This document shows, piece by piece, positions 43,279-56,778 of a stretch of 64,000 nt of DNA (positions within the stretch are counted from its first letter, which is position 1; each line of letters opens with the position of its first letter). A model generated the notes under the pieces. It was given only the letters and a program-made list of their open reading frames with translations. It searched no databases and had not been told where the DNA came from. This stretch comes from Eledone cirrhosa (Eukaryota): positions 44,206,001-44,270,000 of the forward strand of contig OZ024741.1 of NCBI GenBank assembly GCA_964016885.1, written 5' to 3'. The position numbers and the translations under genes were made by a program.

Positions 43279-43432
43279 TATATATATATATATATATATA
43301 TGGAAAGTTATATTTAAATTGTTGGGTTAACAACGAGTAAATATTTATAACTGATATAAAAGCACTCAACAAGTATTTGGAGTATATTTATGATATTAAA
43401 TAAATGGAAACTATATTTATAAAACCATATTT

Positions 43433-43496
43433 ATTTCGTTATATATATTTCAGGGATATCATATTAACAATATGTTATGCCTTCTTCAGACAAAAT
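43433..43496 (-). ncRNA. Type I hammerhead ribozyme
   Basis: Reverse complement of 43865-43928. Confidence 0.8.
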
Positions 43497-43864
43497 ACAA
43501 TATAAACAGTCTTATAAATAAATAGATACGACATACCTTTCAATAAATAAATAAATAAATGTATCAACCGATACTCAACTTCCTAGTTTCTCTATCTATC
43601 TCTATCTATCTCTTTCTATTTTCCTCTCTCTATATATATTTCTCTCTGTTTCTTTACATGAAGTTCTTCTCTTTATCTATCTTTCTATATCTCTCTATTT
43701 AGTCACATGCATTTCTTCTTTTTCTTCGTTTCTCTTTCTTTCTTTCTTTCTCTATTTCTTTTTACAACTGTCCACAATATTTTTTAGTGCCAAATCAACG
43801 TCCCAAATCCAAGGTGATTGAAAGGTATGTCGTATCTATTTATTTATAAGACTGTTTATATTGT

Positions 43865-43928
43865 ATTTTGTCTGAAGAAGGCATAACATATTGTTAATAT
43901 GATATCCCTGAAATATATATAACGAAAT
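43865..43928 (+). ncRNA. Type I hammerhead ribozyme
   Basis: ATTTTGT-CTGAAGA-stem II-GAAA-TATATA-TA-ACGAAAT. Confidence 0.8.
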
Positions 43929-43966
43929 AAATATGGTTTTATAAATATAGTTTCCATTTATTTAAT

Positions 43967-44039
<73 letters not shown>

Positions 44040-44317
44040 CATTGTGTGATACAGGGGTCACTTTTTTGTTGTAAACAAAACCATTCCGGTATATTACATT
44101 TTTGGACATTATGTCATGTTTAAGGTAACTATATGGTATCTAATTCTACTAAGTCATACTATTAAGCTCTTAATATTAAGGACCAAACTCACGTAAATTA
44201 AAATGTGATATAGTTAACCGTGTTTGGCTTATTTCTCACACAGGCACACACACACGCGCAGACACACACAAACACGCGCGCACACAGACACACACAAACA
44301 CGCGCGCAAGCAGACAC

Positions 44318-44410
<93 letters not shown>

Positions 44411-44859
44411 CCCTGATGACATTATATGCCCCGCGGAGTAAACCAAAATAACCCAAGATGCACTCCTGACTACGCACGTCACCTTAAGCAGGAACATCGC
44501 CTGCGCCGGGACAGGCTGACCCGGATTACACGGTCGTTCAGTCAAGTACCCTACACCTATAGGACAACACACCTCATCCACAGTGAGATGCCCCAATATG
44601 ACCGGCCTACGCGCCCCCATGACTGTGTACCTCTTCAATCGTGAATAAATAATCTCCACGTGTACCACTTTGGAACACTTATTATTGTTTGTTCCGTACA
44701 CAGACCTAAGTGTGCATCTCATACTCCCCATGTGTGGTATATCACACAAATACATGTACCTTCTCCTTTCTCCCCTCTTTTTTTATATATCTCTATGTGA
44801 CGTTATATGCATATTTTAATGTATTTTAATATATCGTGAATTTATTTTATTGTATATTG

Positions 44860-44905
44860 TATATTTATTTTATTGTTTTTATATGTGTGTATATATGTAA
44901 GCGTA

Positions 44906-44979
<74 letters not shown>

Positions 44980-45360
44980 TATATATATATATATATATGT
45001 ATACATATATATATATATGTGTGTATGCATGTAGATATGTATATATATATATATGTATGTGTGTGTGTATATATTTATATATATATATATATGTGTGTGC
45101 TTGTGTGTGTGTGTGTGTGTGTATTTGTATGTGTATATATATGTATATATACTTATGTATATATTACGTGAATGTGTATGGATGCATGTATATGATTATA
45201 ATGTTTATATCCGTGCATGTGTAATACAAGATACATCCTTTAAAGTACGACGTTAGATACATATTTTAGTATATTGGAGGTTTTTTTTTATAGATGTGTA
45301 TGTATGTGTGTGTATGTACGTTTATATGTGGGTCTGTATGTGTGGGTGTGTAGAGATGTG

Positions 45361-45431
<71 letters not shown>

Positions 45432-45877
45432 GTATACGTGGTGGGTTTATGTGTATCTATGTGTATGTATATATGTATATATATATATATACATTTATTT
45501 ATTTTTCTATTTACTTACTTATTTATTTATATGTGTGTATGTGTGCTTGCATGTATGTGTATGGACATATGTGTATGGTTACATGGTTTATATTTGTGCA
45601 TGTATAACAGGATGCATCCTTCCATTGATGACCCTGTATGACATTTTGTGCAGATGTATATGACTGAGTATAACACATTGGGGTACGGACAGAGATATAT
45701 ACATGTGTGCGTGTGTCTTCTTTGTGGATGTACGTGGACACGGCGGTAATTGGGCGCGTATTTGTTGGAATGTATATGAGCCAGTGAGTGTGTGGGGTGG
45801 GGGGTGGGGGTGTATGTGTGTGTATGTGCACCTACATAGGGTAGGGATTGTTTGTGAGTATGTTTATGTGCGTGTAC

Positions 45878-45931
<54 letters not shown>

Positions 45932-46278
45932 ATGTGTGCATGTGTCTTTGGGAGCGTGTCTATCTTTGTGCTTCTCTATAAGGACGGGCGTGTCTATGTG
46001 CGTGTGTGTGTCTATGTATATGTCTGTACGGTCTGGGTATATGAGCAAATGTACGCGTACGCAGGTATGTGTCTTTGTATGCGTGTACGTGTGTGTGTGT
46101 GCGCGCGTGTGCGTGTGTGTGAGAGCGGATGTACGAGGGCATATAGGCAGGCGCCTGTGGACTTGTATGTTGGTATGTATATGGTCGTGGGCGTGTGTGG
46201 TTGTGTGTGTATATGTATATGGGTGGGTATATGTACATATGTGTGTACGTATGTGTATGCGTATATATGTATGTGTGC

Positions 46279-46310
<32 letters not shown>

Positions 46311-46350
46311 ATATGTGTGTGTGTATGTGTGGGTATATATGTGTGTGTGA
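44860..46350. repeat. Long degenerate (TA/TG)n low-complexity tract
   Basis: Directly visible. Confidence 0.9.
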
Positions 46351-46483
46351 GCGGACTTGTGAAATACGAACCCTAGCATGAGTCCTTTGAAGTGTGTCAG
46401 ACGGGGAGTAGCTGAAGACAAGAGAGGAAGATGTTTTTTTCAGCTAACACCCCAGTGAGAAAATTTGTTGCGAAAGTATTACA

Positions 46484-46573
46484 TGTGTCCGAAGAACCTG
46501 CAGATCTAGAATCAGACAGATCCATACAATGATCGTGTCTCGAGCTATCTGCCGGCGAAACAATTGTAACACA
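46484..46573 (+). ncRNA. Hammerhead-like motif with extended stem II and CCGAAGA core variant
   Basis: TGTGT-CCGAAGA-ACCTGCAGAT...ATCTGCCGGC-GAAA-CAATTG-TA-ACACA. Confidence 0.6.
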
Positions 46574-46628
46574 CAATAAACTGAGTCCAGATGCATCACT
46601 GATTTTTCGTTTTATATTATATATATCA

Positions 46629-46760
46629 GTAGAACACTGGTGGGTTATATTCGTAGTAGCAGAATACTCAGTCCATGGGACGAGTTTGGTAGAGTTAGTT
46701 CCACAACAGTTAATTTATTTCCGAGAACAAGTTATTTCATCTTAGACGGATTATCAGCTT
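46629..46760 (-). repeat. Diverged solo pLTR of the 21911 family
   Basis: Reverse-complement match including the decayed hammerhead CTGATAA...GAAA...TTCTCGG. Confidence 0.7.
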
Positions 46761-47178
46761 ATATATATATATAAGGAAAGCACAGACAAAGGACAGGTAC
46801 CCTCTTCAATTGTCTGATAGGGTCTCCGACATTTCAGCGCTTTGAAATCAATATGTCTATCCCCAATGCGTGAATAACTTTTGTAAGTTATTGGTGAAGT
46901 AATAAAGGAGAGAGAAATATTAAATTACACGGAAGGGAAAAAAATAGGGAGAGAAAAAAGCTGCAGAAAACATACCGATAAAGAGGTGGGCACGAGGCGA
47001 ATCACATGTAGGTAAGTAACCGGGAGAGAGAAGGAGAAGTCAAACTGCTGGAGGCCTTATTAACATCGAGATAGGGAGAGCGATGAAAAACAAATCGAAC
47101 CTTGGTGAGATTAGGCGAAAAGAGGCAGACACGAGAGAAAACGGAAGTTGAAAGAGAGCAGAGAGAAAGAGAGTATAA

Positions 47179-47242
<64 letters not shown>

Positions 47243-47308
47243 CCAAGAGAAAGGGAGAGAAAGAAAGGGAAAGAAAGAAAGGGAAAGGAAGAAAGGAAAT
47301 AATTAATA

Positions 47309-47487
47309 ATTGTTTCTACTTTTTAGCACAAGGCCAGCAATTATCCCAGTGTATTACTGGTGCTTTATTTTATAGACCCGTAAGGATGAAAGGCAAAGTT
47401 ATCCTCGGTGGGATTAGAACTCAGACCATAAAGGACCGTAACTCTTTGCTGCTAAGCAAGGCGTCCGACCCTCTACCGTTACTGCCA
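47309..47487 (-). mobile_element. SINE S1
   Basis: Family core. Confidence 0.85.
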
Positions 47488-49734
47488 GGGAGTTAGATAG
47501 AAAGAATAGGTGACAGCAGAAAATTAATACAAATTTAGAAGGATCAAGGGGCTGTGTGATTACTTGATTAAGTGTATTTAGAAATAAAAGGAAACCAAAA
47601 ACAAGGGACTGATCCCTTCTTCAGTTGTCTGATTCAATTATCTTAAAACTAAATATAAATATAAAAGATATCTTAAATTGAATCAGATTTGAACTAAATC
47701 TTTGATCATATATTTTTTTATGTATATTCATAAATGGTGCGTTTAAAGTTAATACTATATGCATCTTGGTTAAGATATTGGACTCAAAATCATAAGGTAG
47801 TGTTCAATTTTTTGACCGAGTCGCACGTTTAGTTCTTCAGCAAGATAATAGTTCGCGTTACCGTTCATGATGTGACTAGGCCAGAGAAAGATACATAGGT
47901 GTGAGTTGCAAATGTTATTGTGAAGGTGCGTGGCTATGTAGTTAAGGTGTTTTGTCTACAATCGTTAAGCCATCTGATCGATTCCCAGCGATGTGTTGAG
48001 TGCTTGGGCAATATACATTATTCCATATCGCTCCAGTCGACTTGTGATTCACAGTTCTATACTTGTTACGTTGAATTTGCGATACTTGTCACGTTGAAAC
48101 AGCTTTTTCTGATAAAAACCCGCCATTATGAGAATACTACATATTTCTACAATAAACAGCGTATTTCTCTGACTTAAATCTTATCATGGGTACTACTGGA
48201 AATGGACTGCTTTTTATCACAGAACGTTTTAGATTTTAAGAATTTGAAAGGCATCTTCTATTTTGTAACAAATACTTGATGGATTGTCACCCGGTTCTTC
48301 CAATATTTATGCGTAAATGTACTATTACGAACAAATCAATTATATGTGTTACTTATAAAGTTTCAGAATTGCTGATAGTATTCTTTTGCATATTCATCTA
48401 GATATCTATTTCGGCTACCTAGTTGCAAACATGTCTGAGAGGTTAAGAAATTCCCTTCGAAATCAGAAGTTCCCAAGTTCTAAATTAATTCGAGATATAT
48501 TTTGTAAGTGTTATTTAAATCAAGCCGTCTAAATGAAATTGAGTAATTCATTTATTGGTTTTATTTATTAGATTTGAATCATGCTGGAACATCGCTTTGG
48601 TAGATGGAAGCTATGTGCAAGGTCTTCGTCTAGATTGTGTCTTAATTCGAATGCACAGCCATGTTACACACTTGCACTCTTAATATGTCTCTTTCGAGTT
48701 CAGCTCTCAATATCGTAAATAATTATAAAATTCTGCTAAAATGTACTGTTCCATTGACCAATCATTTCCAAATGCTTAAAGGTGACCTAACGGGAGATAT
48801 TCAGTTACTCTTGAGTTGATAATTTAAAGACGATTCGATTTCCACTAGATCTAATCGATCGACAAGATCCCAATACTCATTCGCTTGCTGCGTTGTGTGG
48901 ATCTCGTTTAAATCGAACCAAGAAATCAATGTTTCCATTGGTCTTTCCATTACTGATAATATCCACCGGTGACAACTCCTAGCAGCGTGAAATAAATTGT
49001 CTTGCTCAAGGACACAATGCATCAACCGGTGCGAGAATTGAACTAGCAACCTTACGATTGCGAATCCCTCTCACTAAGCACAAAACCACGTGCCTTCACT
49101 TTCCAGTTTACTTCAACTTTGTATTTTGATTCACTTATATATTTTGTGAGATGATGAATCTCACAACGCCTATAAACATTCTATTTAAATGTATTACCTG
49201 AGTGTCACATGAACAAAAAAAAGTGATATATTTCTTTACATGTGCACATTTCAGTGCTATTTCTGTACATAATAGGGTCTTGACTTGACTTAACTTATAG
49301 CTGTCTATAAGTACATAATCTAGGACATAGTTGGACATCATCATCTGGTCCTTAGATGCTTTTAGCGGAGTCCTCTTTCTTGTAAACGTTCGGGATACAT
49401 TGTTCCTTCACCGATATGCACATTTGTCCTATCAGTTTTGGAAGCCCTGGGAAGAGTCAATGGCATTGCCGCCCCTTTCTAAATGAACAGTGAAGAGGAT
49501 ATTAAATTTGAAAACTAATTATATACTGCAACGAAAATCATTATTACATGCGTTCGCCCGGTTTCCCCCCGCACTAGGGACCAGATGTCTCTCTAATTAT
49601 TCGTGTTACTGGATATTGTTCTAATCCCCTAGAAATATATTATTATATGAATCTAGAAAAACTCTCCCTACTCCTCTTCTCTGCTATTGTCGATGGGACA
49701 GTGGTCCTCCTAGATTTGTAGTCCCAGAAGTATC

Positions 49735-49900
49735 ATAGTGCGTAGAGCCGACCAGGTCCACCGGCTTAACGAGATAATCAACAAGGCCATCACGGATGAC
49801 GGGGAGAAGTTTGGGGCAGAAGAGGCCGAGTGCCTGGAGAAAGCGACTAGGAACAACGACCTCAGCCAAGTGCTCAATGCACTCCGCAGAACCCATGTCT
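49735..49900 (+). pseudogene. RTE-like LINE ORF fragment
   Basis: DGEKFGAEEAECLEKATRNNDLSQVLNALRR resembles the RTE EN-RT linker. It is a GC-rich island in AT-rich DNA. Confidence 0.5.
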
Positions 49901-49937
49901 CTCCCCAGATATTCCTACTACTTTAACTATAATATTA

Positions 49938-51300
49938 CTAGACCTGAAAAATGCGCAAGCTCAAAAGAGCCACAGAATGTTATAATAAACCTTCAAAAGT
50001 GTAGTACTAGAGTTGTTGCTCAAAAATATTGTAATCATTATCTATCGTACACTCTGTGGCATCCTTTTATGAAAAAGAGACTCATAACGAACTTAAGACG
50101 ACACGTTAATTATTTAAGCTAATGTTCAATATCACATATTAGATGTTTAATACGAAATGCACTTAAACCGAATTCTATATTATAAATTCACTTAAATATT
50201 TATTGTGTCGTCTGGAGTTGGTTATGAGTCTCTTTTTTATAAAAGGATGCTACAGAGTGTACGACAGATAATGATTACAATATTTTTGAGCAACAACTCT
50301 AGTCCCACACTTTTGAAGGTTTATTATAACATTATGTGGCTCTTTTGAGCTTGTGCATTTTTCAGGTCTAGTTTAATATTTTTTTAAGGCAATGCTTGTA
50401 ATAACTCGAGTTAAACATGATATATATTAATCATTGTTTCTACTTTAGGCACAAGGCCAGCAATTATCCAGTGCATTACTGATACTTTATTTTATCGACC
50501 CCGTAAGTATGAAAGGCAAAGTCAACCTCGGCGGGATTTGAACTCAGATCATAAAGGGACGTAACTATGCTGGAAAACATGGCGTCCGACCCTCTACCGA
50601 TACTGCGAATCCACCGCCCTATGATATATATTAATAATAAGTTATCGTTGTAATGTAATTAGATTATATAATTGTTATTTTATAAATGATCTTATAAATA
50701 TTATTTTAAGATGTATAAAAATATTTTCAGACTTTTAATATAAACAACTACAAAAAAATTAAATATTAAATAAATATATTTCACATAATAATTGTTATAG
50801 TTGAATTAATAAAAATTAAATATTACATACAAATAGTCTAAAATAATAATAAAAACATAATCTAACATAATAATAATAAAATAATCTAACATAAAACGAA
50901 CAATAATATGGACAAATATAGAAGTAAATATACAACCAATATTATAAGCATGCTATAACGAACTGAAAAAAAAAAGTTAATATATATTTAAAAAATCATA
51001 TATAAATTAACAATATAACTTACCGAAACTAGAGAAATATTTTGATGTTAAATGACGAAATACAGGAGGAAGATTCGGAAGCGAAACGATAAATAAGCGT
51101 GTAAACAAAATGGCGGATGCTTTTGAGCAACAATTAATCTCATTGGTTGATTAGCCAATAAGACGATACATTACACAACATGTTTGGCAGCGATCATCAC
51201 GGCCAGCACCACCCTTGAATGTTTTAATCACAAGCTACGCATATATGTCAGACACGCAGACTGAAAACATTCTGTTGTTAGCCACTGCGTGTCTAACAGA
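49938..51300 (-). mobile_element. Probable non-autonomous Helitron, copy 2
   Basis: Colinear with 735-2096 and has A|TC...CTAG|T termini. Confidence 0.65.
50432..50620 (-). mobile_element. Full-length SINE S1 with TSD
   Basis: ~15 bp TSD ATGATATATATTAAT on both sides. Confidence 0.9.
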
Positions 51301-51402
51301 TGAAGGCAAAAATATATGTAATTATATCTAATGCCACACGAATATACACCTATGCGGAATATTATTTAATAATTAAGATATTACTTCATTATTTGTAGAA
51401 GG

Positions 51403-51775
51403 ACAGTATCGGTAGAGGGTTGAATGCCATGCTTTCCAGCATAGTTACGTCCCTTAACGACCTGAGTTCAAATCCCGCTGAGGTTGACTTTGCCTTTCAT
51501 CCTTTCGGGGTCGATAAAATAAACTAACGGTAATGCACTGGTTAATTTCTGGCCTTATGCCAAAAAGTAGAAACAATTATTTGTAGAAGGACAATATCCT
51601 TTGCAGATTAGAGTTGCGAACCTTTACGCTCTGATTTCTAATCCTGCCCAGGTGAGCTTTGCTTTTTATCTTGACGAGATTGATTAAATAAAGCACCAGT
51701 AATGTACTGGGCTCGCTTTAATCGACTTCCCTTCCCCCAAAATTGTTGGCCTTGTGCCTAAATCAGGAATTATTA
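51403..51775 (+). mobile_element. SINE S1 (51403-51580) inserted in or next to an older related SINE
   Basis: S1 core, with ATTATTTGTAGAAGGACA duplicated around the first copy. Confidence 0.75.
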
Positions 51776-52308
51776 TTTGTAGAATTTAAAAACTATAAGC
51801 CTTACTATTTCTTTTTACAGAATCTATTAACAAAAATTGTGTGCAGTAAGTATAGGCTGTTCCTTTTGAAACTAATATTTCTCCATATTATGTAACTATG
51901 TCATCAGCCGCTTCGTTATAATTTGGAAGGCATTATTATTCATTTCACGATTATTCACTTCTAACAGGCAAAAGGAAAATTGTCTTATTAGTTATAATTG
52001 GACGTAAAGTCAATTAAAGGAATTAAATTCTTACTCCTCGTGGATTTCGAAGACACATTAACATGTCCACTTCACGCAATCTTTAGGTTAACAGGTAACA
52101 CCACGTAATATGTCATTTAATTCTGCAGAATTAACTGACGTCTATTTCACACGATACATCCACGTTTCTCGTAAAAGCAGGCAATAATTCAATGTGTACA
52201 TAATCAGTAAATAACAGTTTAAATGAGGAAGCCTCTATAGAACATACCTGACCATGCTAGAAATATCAGCTAGATATTCTCAAGTTATCAATCTTCCGCA
52301 AAAATATA

Positions 52309-52339
<31 letters not shown>

Positions 52340-52412
52340 ATGAAATAAAATAAGAATGAACATAATAATAGTACCACTGATGTTGCAGATGTGCAACGAA
52401 AGAACTTTGATT

Positions 52413-52473
<61 letters not shown>

Positions 52474-52477
<4 letters not shown>

Positions 52478-52625
52478 ATTCAGATAAATCAAATTAATTT
52501 AATCTAAATCAATGCCAGAAAGACATGCGGGTGATTTTGCGGGTGATATGGCGCATGTCTTTCTGGCATGACACCCATCATTTTGATTTAGATTAAATTC
52601 ATTTGATTTATCTTAATTTTGTATA
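52474..52625. repeat. Imperfect inverted repeat next to (TA)n
   Basis: ATGCCAGAAAGACATGCG / CGCATGTCTTTCTGGCAT plus outer arms. Confidence 0.8.
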
Positions 52626-53051
52626 TAGATATATAAATACGGCTCCTTAATTGTAGAGCTAACTCTGTTGAAAGGACTCGACTGCTGTTTCTAGTTGTCG
52701 ATAACACTATTCACGCCACTGGGACGAAGCTAGTGTGATGTGTGTATTCCTAGTAGATATAGCACGTGTTGCTGGCCAGTCGCTGATTTGAACTTGAAGT
52801 GTAAACACTGATCGCTGGAACTTCTTCCTTTTTGAAAATCCAAGTATCCGCTTCCGTGGTTTACCATTCGATTAATTGGTGAAATATATTTCTTTTATGG
52901 AATATATACAAGGAAGATTATTTTTGAAGTTCTGGTCAACTTTATTTGTTATCTACCTAACTATGTGTAGTTACACACTTGTAAAAATTATCTCCTGTGA
53001 TTATTTATGTTTATTTATATGTTAATCAATTTCTAGTTATTATATATATAT

Positions 53052-53089
<38 letters not shown>

Positions 53090-53250
53090 CTGTATGTTTA
53101 ACCGTTGGTCAATCAATGATAAACATTGATTCCCAAATGAATTAAATATGGAGATATAAAAGATACAGAAGCGAAAATCAACCAGACAGTGAGGGTGTTC
53201 TGTAATTATTTCTGGCAATTTTATTACAACAAAATGACCCTCCCCAAGTA

Positions 53251-53303
<53 letters not shown>

Positions 53304-53494
53304 CAATTACGCTACAGCAGAAATGTATGATAAAGTTATATCTGCATAATACATTGTGTAACTAAGAATGCACTATTTCAAATGTTATCACACCATCTCT
53401 TTTTTCTCCTAGACACCAACCACCAAGGAGTTCATTGTTTCAATGTTCTTTCTTTTCTAAACCGGCAGCATGTTATGTTTTGAAATGTGACTGT

Positions 53495-53945
53495 TATTTC
53501 TTGGGTAATGACCGAAATAATACAATTGCGAATACAAGCGGCCGAAATGGTGTTCCTCCAATGAGTCTTTGGAGTAACTTTAGTTGATAAAGTACGTAGC
53601 TCCATGTAGGACCCCTAATTCTCCAAATCTAGAGATCACAGCTTCCATACTATAGGCACGTGGTAAGATTATCTCAGAAATTACTCCCTGGATAGATTTT
53701 ATGGGTAAAACCAACCGGCGGGAGACCCAGAGAAAGATGGTGGGATAACATTCATGAGCTTGACAGGTCACGCTTGGGGATCCAGGTGGATCAGTTAGAA
53801 ACGGTTGCTTCTAACAGAACCCGCAGGAATAAGTGTTTGGTGACTCTGAGCCCCCTCTCCCCCTACCCTCTCAAGAAGAAGAAGAAGAAGAAGAAGAAGA
53901 AGAAGAAGAAGAAGAAGAAGAAGAAGAAGAAGAAGAAGAAGAAGA
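53495..53945 (+). mobile_element. RTE LINE 3' fragment with (GAA)n tail
   Basis: RIQAAEMVFL, GRPRERW, QLETVASNR, then a long (GAA)n run. Confidence 0.8.
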
Positions 53946-55697
53946 CTTTTATTTCTAGCATTATTGCAGGTTGAATAACCAAATACATTATACAATTAAT
54001 CATGTAGCAAGTCACCATAAACTTAGACGTCTTTCAACTCACAAAAATATGAGATTATCACTTTCGCATTTAAAACAATAATATTAATTAACACAGCATA
54101 GAAATTTGGTTTACAGAATTAACCATATTACATAATTTATATAATCGGAAGAATTTTGATAGAATTACATTGTGATAATTTCTAGAGAGAGGAAGAAAAA
54201 AAACAATAATTTATAATTCTTTGTGTTCTTAATTGAAATTTTAATTCATACAAAATTATATTTATTTAAAGATTTATTTCAAAGAGCTACAATCTTATTT
54301 TCACTTCCGAGACGTGAATTGACACATTGAATCAAACTTAGAGAAATAGAAATTGTAATGTAATAATGCATTACCAGTTATCACAGTATTACTGTAATGA
54401 CAGAGGAATATTCGGCGACAAAGGAGACTCTTTGTTAGAAGACAGTGAATTTAGATTGTTAACTTTGATTACTTTCCGATCGTTCTTCTATCCATATATA
54501 TTGGAATAGAATCAAATAAATGAACACATGGAGAAACGGAATCAATGTGAGGGAAATATACAAATAACATTTATGTCACACTACAACAATATTACGTTAC
54601 ACACATACACACACATATATATATATGTGTGTGTATATATATATATATACATATATATATATGTGTGTGTGTGTGTATGTATATATATATATTATATATT
54701 TATATATATATATATATATACATACACCCACACCCACACACACATATATATATATGTGGGTATGTGTATATACATGCACATATATACTTACACACACACA
54801 CACATATATATATATTATATATATATATATGTGTGGGTGCGTGTGTGTGTGTATGTATGTATGTATACAGGTATGGTTAGTTTCTCTTGTTATGTTCCTA
54901 TATAATTCGTGTTATTATGCACCGAAACTTCATTTCTAATCATAATTTGAGGATTTACAATATGACTAATTAAACGACTGAAACTATTAATTAAAAACAA
55001 AGAAAACAAAAGAATACATATGTAATACGAAATACCCTTTAGATAAATTGTGAATCTCAGAATCATACGGGACAAAAGTAATTAAATATTGCTGCTTGTT
55101 TTTTTAACGTTTATTTTGTGTTATACATGCATGCGTACAGTTCCTTCTAATTATATTAAGAAAGTAAGAGTTTTCCTTTAATTCGTTTAACGTTAAGCAC
55201 AAAACATTTCACACATCCTACAGAATATATAAAGCATAGTGTGGCAAAGAAAACCTGAATTGAGCTCGTTATTATGTTACACGTTGTGGAACTATGTCAC
55301 GCAGTATAGGATAAATTAATGGCTTCTAATCTCTCATCTCTGAGATTTAAATTGGCCTGTCTGGAATATAAAGGGGCTTTCTAGAAGATGATTACGTGCA
55401 CGACATAAGAACCCCAGAGAAATAAGTGTGGCTTTCAATAGATATTTATGCACATTTTGAAGAAGGAATATTTCCAGTCAAATTGTTAACTAGTTATCTA
55501 AATTGACATCTGGAACCACAATATAACAATTTAAACTTTCAGAATGTCCAAAATAATTTACCAAAGACTACATCAATCATTCAGTGACAAATATTATGAT
55601 ATGATACAGAGAACTGAGAAACATAAATCATATTAAGAATATCTACAATGTCTTTAAGTAGCCAAGAGCGTGAAGGGATTCATTATAAGTATAAATA

Positions 55698-55810
55698 ATT
55701 GTTTCTACTTTAGGCACAAGGCGAGCAATTACCCAGTTCATTACTGGTACTTTATTTTATCGACCCCGTAAGGATGAAAGGCAAAGTCAACATCGGCGGG
55801 ATTTTAACTC
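55698..55810 (-). mobile_element. Truncated SINE S1
   Basis: Family core. Confidence 0.85.
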
Positions 55811-56348
55811 AAATAATATCCTTATAAATGAGTCAATTGTCGCAAATAGCACGATCTCTCTTTAACTAATATGTTTATTGTGCCTGAATATATATAAAAA
55901 GTTGTCATTTCAAATTTGGGGATTATTTTCCAAACTAGCTGTTACATACACATGCAAACGTTCACACTCGTACATAAACTCACACATGCATATATATACA
56001 TATATATGCATACGTACAAGCATATGTAAATGCATTTATATTTACGTACATGCATACATTTCTGATAGATCGCCCCTCAGTTTCAATCAACTCTGCTATT
56101 ATCCAATGAATCGTATGTGTGGTTGCGTATGCCTTAACCATATACGTGTGACATTATAAAGTTTGAGTCATAAGTAACTGGACAGTCAATACATCTTATT
56201 GTAAGGTTCACAGGTAATTCTTTGAACATCCTCTTCAAAATGTATTGAGGAACGGAGAGAGCGTTTTGAAACTTACTTTAATTATATTTCTGTTTGTTCG
56301 ATGTATTTATAATTTCTTACTGTATGACCAGAATTTTACTAAATATTA

Positions 56349-56778
56349 TCTTCTTCTGCCCTCACTTATTCCTTGAAGTGTGTCGTGGGGGCAGAATCTA
56401 CAAACACTCCTTCCGACGTATCCTGTCAGAAGCAACCGTTTCCAACCGATCCGGCCGAATCTCCAAGAGAGACCAGCCAAAGTTATGGATGTTATTCAAC
56501 TCTCTTGCTCGAGGTCTACTCCTGGGTCTCCTGGTGGTTGATTTTTGCCCGTAACATTTTTCCAGCGATTGTTCCACGAGACATTCAAACCACATGTCCT
56601 TAGTATCGGAGCTGTGACCTCTCAATTCGGAGAAGTAGCGACTCTACTTGGAGCAGCATTCTGATCTCCGACACATTCTATCGAGTAACGTAACTCCAAA
56701 GACTTTCGGAGGAACCCCATTTCGGCCGCTTGTTTTCTCGATCCTTCTGTCATTACCTAAAATTCATGACCATAAGTA
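56349..56778 (-). mobile_element. RTE LINE 3' fragment
   Basis: RRPRSRPR...RLETVASDRIRRKECL with a short (GAA) tail. Related to 53495-53945. Confidence 0.8.

Noticed and set aside
44411-44460. CTGATGA as a hammerhead core
   Set aside because: No suitably placed GAAA or stem III downstream.
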